From the human T2T-CHM13v2.0 reference genome, Homo sapiens: DNA of 64,000 nt. Shown here one piece after another: positions 1-12,728 of the stretch (position 1 is its first letter; each line of letters begins with the position of its first letter). The stretch lies in the NCBI RefSeq assembly GCF_009914755.1, contig NC_060930.1; one strand, given 5' to 3'. Position numbers and translations under genes: made by a program. The notes under the pieces were generated by a model. That model was not told where the DNA came from, ran no database searches, and was given only the letters and a program-made list of their open reading frames with translations.

Positions 1-880
1 GGGCGAAGGACATGAACAGACACTTCTCAAAAGAAGACATTTATGCAGCCAAAAAACACATGAAGAAATGCTCATCATCACTGGCCATCAGAGAAATGCA
101 AATCAAAACCACTATGAGATATCATCTCACACCAGTTAGAATGGCAATCATTAAAAAGTCAGGAAGCAACAGGTGCTGGAGAGGATGTGGAGAAATAGGA
201 ACACTTTTACACTGTTGGTGGGACTGTAAACTAGTTCAACCATTGTGGAAGTCAGTGTGGCGATTCCTCAGGGATCTAGAACTAGAAATACCATTTGACC
301 CAGCCATCCCATTACTGGGTATATACCCAAATGAGTATAAATCATGCTGCTATAAAGACACATGCACACGTATGTTTATTGCGGCACTATTCACAATAGC
401 AAAGACTTGGAACCAACCCAAATGTCCAACAATGATAGACTGGATTAAGAAAATGTGGCACATATACACCATGGAATACTATGCAGCCATAAAAAATGAT
501 GAGTTCATATCCTTTGTAGGGACATGGATGAAATTGGAAACCATCATTCTCAGTAAACTATCGCAAGAACAAAAAACCAAACACCGCATATTCTCACTCA
601 TAGGTGGGAATTGAACAATAAGATCACATGGACACAGGAAGGGGAATATCACACTCTGGGGACTGTGGTGGGGTCGGGGGAGGGGGGAGGGATAGCATTG
701 GGAGATATACCTAATGCTAGATGACACATTAGTGGGTGCAGCGCACCAGCATGGCACATGTATACATATGTAACTAACCTGCACAATGTGCACATGTACC
801 CTAAAACTTAGAGTATAATAAAAAAAAAAGAAAAAGAAAAAACTAAAAATATAAGCAAAAAAAAAAAAAAAAAAAAAAAA
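1..880 (+). mobile_element. L1HS Ta-1 LINE-1, 3' end (cut by the window edge), antisense to PRKN
   Basis: L1 ORF2 C-terminus, 3'UTR and poly(A). Ta diagnostics: ACA at 726-728 (gatgacACAttagt) and G at 811 (cttaGagtat). Ta-1 diagnostics: T332 and G335 (aaaTgaGtat, YPNEYK). Confidence 0.95.
12..614 (+). CDS. LINE-1 ORF2p C-terminal 200 aa (partial), including the CCHC motif
   Basis: Contains [18 protein letters not shown] and ends ...[11 protein letters not shown], the canonical ORF2p terminus. The frame is uninterrupted in the visible part. Confidence 0.95.
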   Translation: MNRHFSKEDIYAAKKHMKKCSSSLAIREMQIKTTMRYHLTPVRMAIIKKSGSNRCWRGCGEIGTLLHCWWDCKLVQPLWKSVWRFLRDLELEIPFDPAIPLLGIYPNEYKSCCYKDTCTRMFIAALFTIAKTWNQPKCPTMIDWIKKMWHIYTMEYYAAIKNDEFISFVGTWMKLETIILSKLSQEQKTKHRIFSLIGGN

Positions 881-1095
881 GAAAACAATGCCACGATGTC
901 AGACTGAGTCACATCAATCTTCTAACTGCCCACCACAGCCACAGCGCAACTCAACGACACCCACACGGGTATCTGCGTCCTGGAATTGGACTTTTACATT
1001 TTTATTTTAATGAAAATGATGTATTACATATAAGTAAAACAACACCTTTAAAGATGGAAAAGACCCTTTTTTTCAAGCCTCAATTTCAGTTCTAG

Positions 1096-1391
1096 TGGGA
1101 CAGCCAGGTGGGAGGGGGTCCCTGGAGAAACTCCAACCAGCCTGCCCTCTGCAGTGGGGAGGAGCCTGGCCCCTCCTCCTCCTGTGTGGAACCCGAGATT
1201 CAGGCTGAGCGCCGGAAGCCGTCTAGCAGGGACTCTGGCCTAGCGAGAGTCCCTGTTTCCCCCTTTTCTTCCTTTTCACCTAATAAAACCCTGTCTTACC
1301 CACCCTTCAAATTGTCTTGCAAGCCTGAATTTTTGTGGTCATGGGACACAGAACCCCGTCCATGGCTGAACTAAGGAAAAGTCCTGCAACA
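1096..1391 (+). mobile_element. ERV1 solo LTR, MER61 family, with an internal deletion
   Basis: TG...CA ends (tgggacagccaggtggg...gaactaaggaaaagtcctgcaaca), AATAAA at ~1282, and a match to the MER61 consensus as I recall it. Confidence 0.8.
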
Positions 1392-1975
1392 TCAGAACCT
1401 TCAGTTCCGCATAATTAAAGCTCAATGCAAAAGAATCATGAGCATAAGCCCTCTAAGAGCATAAATAATCAAGTGTTGCTGATGTTCCTTAATATTTGTG
1501 CGTTTTCAGCCTACACCCGCACATATCTAAACTGTTATCAATGGCAGGAATGAGTCAAGACTTCAGTGAGGCAGCACATATTTCAATACAATGCAACTTC
1601 GCTGGCCACAATCAATAGAGTGTTTTTCACTATGCCATGCTTTGAGTATTCAGCAATCACTTCAGAATGGCAGACTGCCGTAAAATAGAGGCCAAATCCT
1701 ACCCAGAGAAATTTTATGGTTTAAACAGATGTTCTAGAGAATTACTGAACATTAATGTCCCAGTCCTAAGGTATTATGGCCAGTTAATAAGTGACATGGT
1801 GAACCATTGTGTTGCAACAAAACATAGTAGGTACTTGCCTTGAATAAATCAATTCTTTATTGTCATATTTTTGTGTCTTTCTCCAGATAAGACGGGCTGC
1901 TCTTTGAAAGTAAAAAGTACGTCTTTTTGCTTTGTATTTCTATGACTAGCACTGTGGCCGAGCTACGGTGTGCAG

Positions 1976-2032
1976 TGGATGGATGGATGGATGATGGATG
2001 AATGGATGGATAGACGGTGGATGGATGGATAG
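1976..2032. repeat. (GGAT)n microsatellite
   Basis: gtggatggatggatggatgatggatgaatggatggatagac... Confidence 0.95.
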
Positions 2033-4599
2033 ACAAATGCATGGATCAATATGTGCATGTATGCCTTTGTGCCACATGGTACAATGTAACAGGAGACCTC
2101 GGCCAATGGTTGCAAATGCTCACATGACAAATGACAATCATCAGATTTACCAGATGCACAAGTTACAGTCAGAAATAGGTAGTATCTGATAATATCAAGA
2201 TATATAATGGGACCCAAGAAATAGATTAAAGACTGACTTTATAAAAATACAGAACTGTAAGCATCAGCATCTGACCAGCCCAATCTCCTGGCTTCCAAGT
2301 AAGAAAACCATTCTGAAATGTTAAAGGAAAGGCCAATCATACATAGAGAGCTAGAAGCAGAGCTATAATCAGAAAACAGAGGTACCAACTTCAGTCCAAG
2401 GCTTGTATCACCTTAGGAATTCTATCAAGTACACACTCATGAAGTGACATTTCCTGAGGAGGTTGGCACTGGGAAAAACGGAATCCCAAGGAAGAACAAG
2501 ATTTGAAGGTTTTTCCCAAAATGGTTATAATTTAAGTGGATTTATCAAGAACAATTTGTATCTGGTAATTAGGTAGTGATTCCAGAATGGAACAGGACAT
2601 GAGCACCTTGGAGGACAGGACATTTGGCCTAGGGAGGTCTGGGTTGGTGGAGGACAGGACATATCTGGAGCTACAGAGCGAGAGTGGGCAGGCAGTTCAG
2701 GCATTCTCCAGTTGGCATAGACGGGACAGAATTCCTACGGGTGAGGGCTGAAAAAACAACAGGCACACATGAAGTCGTGCTCTGGGAGTTAATGAGAGGA
2801 ATTTAGGTAGCCAAGAAAGAAAACTAGGCTGATGTGAGGCGACAGTAAGAAAAAATACGAAGCCACAGTAGGCTGGACCAGAACACTGTTGTGGTAAAAA
2901 TGGAATCTCAATTAGCATAAGACAGTGAGCGAATGGACAGCAGTGGGAGAACCTGACAATGAGGAATTTTGAGGTTCTTGTAGATTCAGGAGTAGAATAA
3001 AGTCTGAATGCTAATAGTGACCAAGTTAGAACAGAAAGCAAACCAAAAAGACAGATGCACTAGAAACGTGATTGAAAAAGACCCAGAAGGGTTAAGTCAG
3101 GGTCTTTTAATGCAGAAGTTACTTTCAAGCTATTAATGAACAAATTAAAGACTACTTGATGTCAGGCTGTGCAATGGACATTTCTATGACGGTGGAAATA
3201 CTCTATGCCTGAACTAATATTGTATCCACTGAACGTATTTACATTGTTTTGTAATCATGAGAAACTGAAATTTAATTTCATATAATCTATATAAATTTAG
3301 ATTTAAATAACTTCAAAAACCGGTGGCCACATGTGAAGTTTGGCACACAATGCATTCAGTGTACTATAGAGCTATGAAATGCCTAAGGAAAAGGAATAAA
3401 ATTCTACACATAATAAGTTTTATACTGTTATATTCTTGATGCATAATTGCTACATTCTAGGCCACCATTGCTCTCAAATATACTGGCACCAAGAAATTCT
3501 ATTGCCATTTTCAAGTTGAAGTTTTCAATTATCTTTCCTTTCCTGTAACGTTCTAGAAAGGATCTGAGACAATTATACAAATGTATACCAATAACATTTA
3601 AGTAGACAAAAAATGGAGAGAACATGAAATACTGAGAGACTACTGAGGACAAAAGATAAAGAGAGCATATAGAAATAAAACCCAGAATAGATGACAGTTT
3701 CTTAAGATAAGTCCTGACCTTCCTAGTGGCCTAAGGAGAGTCAACATTGTACTCTGTAACCGTTGTATTACCTATAGCATAGAAAACTTATGTGTCATTC
3801 AGGAGAACTAATATTTTTCCTGGACTGAAGTTTGAATCACGCAAATGTCTTTGAATCGCACAAATCATTTGCCCAAATCGTGCGACTCTCTGTAAGCTTG
3901 TGAGCCGTGAGTTGGCACGTTCCTGCCGGAATTGGAGAAGCAAAGGCTGAAAGAAGCAGGCAGATTGACAGGTGATGTAGATGCATGGAGACAAAGAAGG
4001 GGTCTTTGGACCAATGGTTCTGTTGCCCCCGAGACCCACCCCTGTCCCTGGGAAACAGGAGACACCCCCATCCTTGATAGTAACCCCCTCCTCTCTTCTT
4101 ATATTAGCTTTAGTTGGTTCTGTTCCTGTCAACCAGATGAGCCTTAGTGCAGAGGGGAACATCTTGCAGGAGTTGACGAAGAGCGGAGCAGTGTTAGTGG
4201 GTGATTTCCTCAGCGACCACGTTGTAAGAGGAGATTGTGCATCTGTTTCTGTCTCTGTTTCTTGCACTGCCCGTTGCTGTGAGTTGAGAGTTTAAGGCTG
4301 AGGCACATTCAGCAAGGGTCATTTACAGAACTTCAACAGCACACTCACCAGCCCCTTTCCCCCCCACAACGTGCAAAGTGCAATATCACCCATATTAAAT
4401 TGATTGAAAGTTAAATTTTTGTCATGGATTCCATGATACCACTCACGAGCATTTGTGAGCTACAAGCTGAAGACCTACCCGTCCTGAGCTGAATCGAGAA
4501 ACCTAAGCATTACCTTCAACGCCTGCCTGCCCTTCCTCCACACGAGGTCCATCACGAGTCCCACTGAATTTGGTTTTTCACCTCTCCTCTTGCCCCTTT

Positions 4600-5040
4600 G
4601 CAACCATTTTCCTTCCTCCAGCAGGAGTATTCTTTTAAAAATGCAGATCTGATCATGCCACTTCTCTTATATGAAGCTTCCAGCATCTGACTTCCAGGAC
4701 TGCATCCTCCAGGGTGGGCTTGCTGGGCCCTGCCCATTTGCTGGTCTCTTTCACTCTCCTCCAGCCACTCTGGTCTCTCCATGCTACAGACATGCTTTGC
4801 TCTCTCCTGTCTCAAGGTTTTACCTCAAGTTGTTCCTTTCTTCCCCTGTCCTGCCTCACTTCCTCCGTTTCTTCCATCTCTTATCTAATCTGTAATTATA
4901 TAGCTGCATGGTTTTTCATAAATATCTGAAACCCCCACTGAATTGCAAGCTCCTTGAGGGGAAGAAGCTTATCTATTCTGCAAACCGTTGCTTCTCCCTG
5001 TGACGCAGAGCCTGCAGTGTAGTAGATACTGCCTATAAAA
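4600..5040 (+). mobile_element. L2 3' fragment
   Basis: L2-like motifs ttttaaaaatgcagatctgatcatgcc and aagctccttgagggg, with a degenerate 3' end. Confidence 0.6.
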
Positions 5041-6318
5041 TGGACAGGATGCTTGGATTTGCTTTATCTGACATTTTAAGGACACACTTTATAAATTGTA
5101 GAGGCCTATGCAACCGTCTTTGTTTTTACTTAGAGGATACAAATTATATCATTCAACAGGATGCCACAGTTCCATATATTTCTCAAAATGTGACCAGATG
5201 CACCATTTTTAATGAAAATTAAGCTCTACTTCCAAGTTAAGGGAAAATTATTTTAAGCTATTGATACAAGTTTTAAGAATTCAGTAATTTAATTGTGCAT
5301 TTCTATGTGAAATAAAAACAGGAAACTTATTAGGGTGTTTTCTGTAATATGAATAATTAATATTTGCAATTTAGAAATCTATCTCCCTACAATGTAGCTG
5401 TAGTCTCAGAAGGAAAGTGTATTAAAACAATAGCTAAATGCTTTCAATTCAAAGTACTTGGTATTAAATCCCTCAGGCATCAAAATAGCTCTGTAGTCTT
5501 TTCTAGAATAGTATGCCAAGCAGTCTTAAACACATATTTTATTGGCATCAGAAAAGCAACTGCAAATGTTTTCTCTTGTATTCAAACTCCTTTAAAAAAA
5601 AGATTCCATTGCTGAGCTCTGACAAATATGCCTCCTACTACCACACCAGGTTCCTTTGCAAACACACAATTCACAATTAAAAGCAATTTTGTAAAATGCC
5701 TTGGAGTGGTTAAATATGTAATTGGGTAATTTTCTGAAATGCTTATTACTTACTTCAGCCTCATTTCAGTCTCACTGGTAAACAGTATATTCCTGTTAAG
5801 TGTTATTATCCCCAAAAACGCTTCCATAATCTTCAGTGTTCCTTTAACATTCCTATAAACACATCATATATTACTTGGGGACGTGGATCATGAAACACAG
5901 AAGCTACCCGTGCCAGTCCCTTATTTAAATGGCAAAGTGGTCTTCCTTGTCTCTGAACCCGGGTTTTCTAAATCATTCGCATAGTGGAAAATGAACAATA
6001 GGACTTTTAAACCTCCTTATGATTTAGATTATATCTTAGCTGGTTGCAAATCTCATTATCAGCTTTACAGCTTGATTTATTTTTATTTTTGGATCAGAAG
6101 GAAGAATGGCAAAATTACAGCCTAGACGTTTGCTTTGGAAAATAAAGTTTGAAGTTAGCTGTTGTTGATTTATACCCAGTATGCTACACTTAGCATGAGT
6201 GTACAGTTAAGCATACTTTATAGGTAATTACTCCTTCTATTGATATGATGATAGCTACAGAAGCTGTGTACAACCGAGAACAACACCCAATTCTTGAAAC
6301 AGTACCTTCTAAAGTGGT

Positions 6319-6422
6319 ATATTAGGCAAATAAAGTGTGATGATGGTGGTGGTATTTCATCCAACAAGAGATATTAGATAAATAAATTGTGATGATGATG
6401 GTGGCATTTCATCCAACAAGAG
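6319..6422. repeat. Tandem duplication, 2 x 52 bp
   Basis: atattag..aataaa.tgtgatgatg.tggtgg.atttcatccaacaagag occurs twice with period 52. Confidence 0.9.
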
Positions 6423-6953
6423 GTCTTACTCCCTCTGAAACCAACATCTTTTACTACTTGCTTAGTTATATATGAACAATAAAAACTCACCAAGATCACT
6501 GATTTTGTTGAAATGAAGAGAAAGTAAACAGTCTCTAACTGAAACGAGCATGTTCAAATTAAAATAGGGAGTAACAAATCAAAAACAAAATAAAACAAAA
6601 TGCTTTGAATTGTTTTTGAAGGCAAAGTGTCCCAAATACTTTTACTTCTATGCTCTATTATTTTAGGTCCTACTTTTCTACACCATAACACAGTATTTTA
6701 ATATTAATAAACTAGTTTCCCTCTATGTTAATAACAGAGATCAATTAAAATTTGGTCTTTGTCATTTTGCAGTTAGGTTATTTTAACTCACAATACAACA
6801 TGTACAGTTCTTTTATTCTACAAAAATATATAGTATTAAGAAACCAAAACCATTTTAATCAAAATTTCTGCTATGACTTGAAGACTACAGAAGCCCCTAT
6901 TTTTGCCTGTTGTTCCCTTGATAAAGTATTGATATGGAAGTCTCAATTACTAA

Positions 6954-7241
<288 letters not shown>

Positions 7242-7914
7242 TTTTTGTTGTAAAATAATCCTTGATATGCTTTATGGACAACCCCTCCCCACGGTTCCAC
7301 AGAACACAGTTTGATAAACATCAATCTAAAGGTACTGCAGAGAGGCTGAGATGCTAGTGTGTTTTGCAGAGCCATTAGGAGGCACTGTCTCCACGTATTG
7401 ATTTGATTGTATTTTTTCATGCTGAGTCTGACCAATTTCATGGATTCAGTAAATAGTAAGACTTGGTTTAGGGGCCAGCAGACAAGGATCATAACATCTT
7501 TGAGGTGGAAGAAGTCCTAGACATGAAAGAGGTTTTGTGAATAAAAGGTGGAGAGGGAAAATTAACTTTACAGTCAGGCAGACCTATGTTTACATTTAGC
7601 TTCTGAGAGCCTTAGTTTCCTCATCTGCAGAAGGAGATTATTAGTATCAACCACAGAGAATCACTGTGAGGCTTATATATGGTAATGTACGCAAAAGGCC
7701 TGCCCTAGTATCCAGTAGCTAGAAAGTAACGTGACCAAAATAACCAGGTTAAGTTGGGGTAGAGTCAGGATTAGCCCCACGACTTATAGTTCAGTACTAT
7801 TTCTACCATAGTGATCTAATTTGAAGAACAAGTTAGCTAATGAGTGCATCTTGCTGTAGGTCCAAAAACAACCTCCAAGACAAACTCAGCATTTCCCTTA
7901 CAACAATCAGCATG

Positions 7915-8223
<309 letters not shown>

Positions 8224-11045
8224 TCAGCATGGCAGAAAAAAGAACGCTCCGAAGCAAAGCTGCAAGCATTAACTATTGTACTTCTGATGCCCATCTAAAG
8301 ACACACAGGAAATTTGCTTAGAAATTATAACACGGTGGAGAAGTAAACAGTTAGAAGTCACTCTCAACTGAGGCTGTTTAGGTATTTGTAACTATGTTAC
8401 CTTAAAGGTTACTGTTCTAATAATAAAGTTGTCCTGTCCTGGCTGGGGGTGGAGGGCTGGGGGTGTGGGGATGGGAGTGCAGGGAGGTAGGGGTCTTCCG
8501 GACACTGCATCAGGGGAGGTAGCAGCCCCTCACTCAGGTGTGACTAGGCTGGGATAACATGGATACTGTGGTATCCCTAGAGTATCCATGTTATCTGGCT
8601 TTAGTGATGGCATTCCTGAAAATGAAATGTGTATCTGAAATGTGCTTTCTGTTAAGATGTATCAAAAATTTATGTTTTCCTGAATTTTAAAACTGACTGG
8701 TTTAGAAAAATGAATGGATGACTTCATTTTTTCTACTTTGTTCAAATCTAGTCTAATTAAGTTTTTTTTTTTCTGCAGCGTAAGACATGAGTTATGTCAG
8801 AAACAAGAGGTTCTGATATTTGAAATGACTAAACACGAAGGGGGCTCCCAAGGGAAGTTAGGGTATTCCTTCTGAAAGTCCTTCAAGACAGGGTTGATTT
8901 TTAAGTGTTTGGGATGGCTCAAATGCATCTGAAATAGATTAAAACTGAAAATATTAGTGCATCACATATAGTAGGAAAGTATTATTTTGTGAAAGGGTTT
9001 TCAATTACATGCGTGTGTACATTTTATATGTTTATAGCTCTTGATGTAAAATGTATCTCTTTCCATAGGTAGCAGCAACGTAACTTTGAAATCCACTGGC
9101 CTAGATCAGTGCTCTCCAAAATTTTGGTGGAAAACCCCTATTAGTAAAAATAAAGAATTGATTATGAATACCAATACTGATTCAATGCAAATACTGCTTC
9201 TATTTTATATACATTTAAACACATGGAAAACAAAAGATAGAAAAACAAAAAAAATTTAAAGGAGGATATAAAAAGTAAATCAAACACAGAAATTATAAAG
9301 TTTTCTTCCTGTAGCCCAATGAACCATAGTCTGGAGTCCACTTCTTTTAGTGTAGCTCCCAATTCCATTAGAATACCGTGACCCCAATTTCAAACTACAT
9401 ATCTGTTTAATATCATACTTGATTTCAGTCCACAAGCACATAAATGAGTTTTATTCATTACTCATCTGCAGCCTATTCAGAATACAAAATTTTCTGGAAA
9501 GGACTTAGAAGTTATACTAACAACCCAGTTAAAGCAGCCTACCAATGCTATCAGTGAGAAGAGAAAAATAATACAGAGTGGTAGCCTCAGTAATGACGCT
9601 ATTTATACGCCTACATATACCTCTTTCTGAAAAAGATTAGTTTAGAAAATCTGGTTTTGTGCAATAGATCTAATATAAGAATTTTATAAAGAACTATCAA
9701 TAACTTTCCAAGTTATTTGTTTTCACAAGCACGTATTTATGGAAAGTTTTACATTTCTTATAATGTTAATCCCTGATTCAAAGGAATTAATTATTCCTAT
9801 ATCAAAGTATTAATGTAGAAAATGTCAAAAAGAAAATAAGATTTTTACTTTTCAACTATACAACTTCAATTAAACCTACATCGCAGCTTCAGGTTTCCCG
9901 TGTGAGTCACGCGTTTCTAGAATGCATTCTAAAACTGGTGCATAGGTTTGGTGGTGACTGGGTACCAGGTACTGTGCCAGTCATTTTTATATACCATCTG
10001 ATTTATGACCTCTGAGTTCAGAATTCTCTTCATTTTAAAACGAGGAAATCAGCTCGACATCCAGTTGAGTGGGCTGGTCATTGAATTGGCACCATCTGAG
10101 TACAGGGTCCTCACTTTGCCCAAGGTTCCTGAAGCATGAACATAACCAAGCCTACTCCTTGGAAGCTGGGCTCCCAGTACCCCCAGAGGAATATCTTTTT
10201 GACAGAGGCTGCCAGATGTCCGCCTAAATTCCTCTTTTCTCTGGTTCCTAGGCCTCTACTCAAGGGTCCATTACTGAGACTCCCTCGAAGGTATATATAG
10301 CCAAATGACTAAGGCCTAGCTTAAGGATCTTAGGGGTGTGTGCTATTTCTGGGCTGGGATTATATGAAAGATGCATGCCTAGTTTATAATTTCATTCCCC
10401 TCTGCCAGCCGGATCTTGGATGTGGGGATTAAGCTTGACCATGGAGATATGGACAAGGCCCAGTGGGATAATAAAGGCAAAAGATACAAATGCCCCTCAG
10501 AAGATAACCACCACCCACCTGAAATGCCCACCCCAGGCAAGAATTATGCTGCGGTTGTGTGTGAGCCACTGATTACATTGTTGGCTTTACTGTAACTGTT
10601 GGCAGTTTAGTCCACAATAACTGGACGCCTCAGGTCCTGACAATCCATCCTGGGAGAGCCAGGGACTGAGACATGACCACAAATGCTGTCCTAGCCACCT
10701 GCACCCCCAAGAAGATGCTTGAATCTTTACATTTACAAAGCACAGGAAAGTTAGGAGGATCCATCCTGAAACGTCTGCTAGTGAGTCTAGATTTTCAAAT
10801 CAGAAAATTGGCAGAAAGAGCCCTGCATTCCCCAGGGACACTGCGTTGAAGCTCAGGAAACCAGACCACATGGAGCATGGGGAAGGGCTTTTGGGAAGGC
10901 TGGAGGACAAGGCGTGTCTTAGGAACACCCAGTAGCTTAACCGCAGGGAGCAGAACTTACATACAGAGGGCTCACGTTCAATAGGCCTTTTCTGAACTTG
11001 GGGGTGCTGAGTATTTAAAAACTATTTCAGAATTGAGAAACTGAT

Positions 11046-11748
<703 letters not shown>

Positions 11749-11756
11749 GTAGTTGA

Positions 11757-12080
<324 letters not shown>

Positions 12081-12695
12081 GCACTGCTGTGCTTGAGCCA
12101 CAAGAAAGAGCTGTCACAGGTAGCAGCTTGGGGGAGGGATCAGGAGTGATGCTGAGGAAGTAAATAAGATTACTTCTTTGAATGCTGTTCTTATTCCTCC
12201 TTCCTTGTGTTTCACCACTGCCTTTTGTACAGTGTTTTCCTCTATAAATATATAATTCCAAGACTGGTGATGTCTAGTAATGGTTCAAAAAGCAGAAAAT
12301 ATAAGAAATATTATTTTTTCCAAACACTCGAGTAGAATCAGTGATGGAACATGTGAGATCACCTGGAGGGCATTCAGACTTTACTGCAAATAAATAATAC
12401 AATTACTTGGTTTGGGTATTAGATATTTATGTTCATCTTGACATTAGAATATTAAGCCACTCCTCCTCTTGCTAACTTGGTATGCATTGAAAACATGAAA
12501 TTATCTCAGTCTCCTGCTTTAGAACCAAACAGTATAAACCCTCATAAATATGTAAATCAACCCCTCTAAGCACATTATTAATTATTTCAAAGATAGTAGG
12601 AGGTCACTAGCTCATAGCAATTTCTATGCATGAAGTCTCAGTAACACAAGACATCGCACAGGGAGGAAGAATAAAGTTTTATCACAGTTACCGAA

Positions 12696-12728
12696 TGTGT
12701 GTGTGTATGTGTGTGTGTGTTTGTATGT
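12696..12728. repeat. (TG)n microsatellite
   Basis: tgtgtgtgtgtatgtgtgtgtgtgtttgtatgt. Confidence 0.9.

Noticed and set aside
1096-1391. MER61 LTR as a p53 enhancer
   Set aside because: Some MER61 subfamilies carry p53 sites, but this copy appears internally deleted and I see no paired RRRCWWGYYY decamers.
3788-4267. 159-aa minus-strand ORF
   Set aside because: No recognisable domain, a non-ATG start, and not in frame with PRKN exon 7 at the plausible acceptor; treated as a chance ORF.
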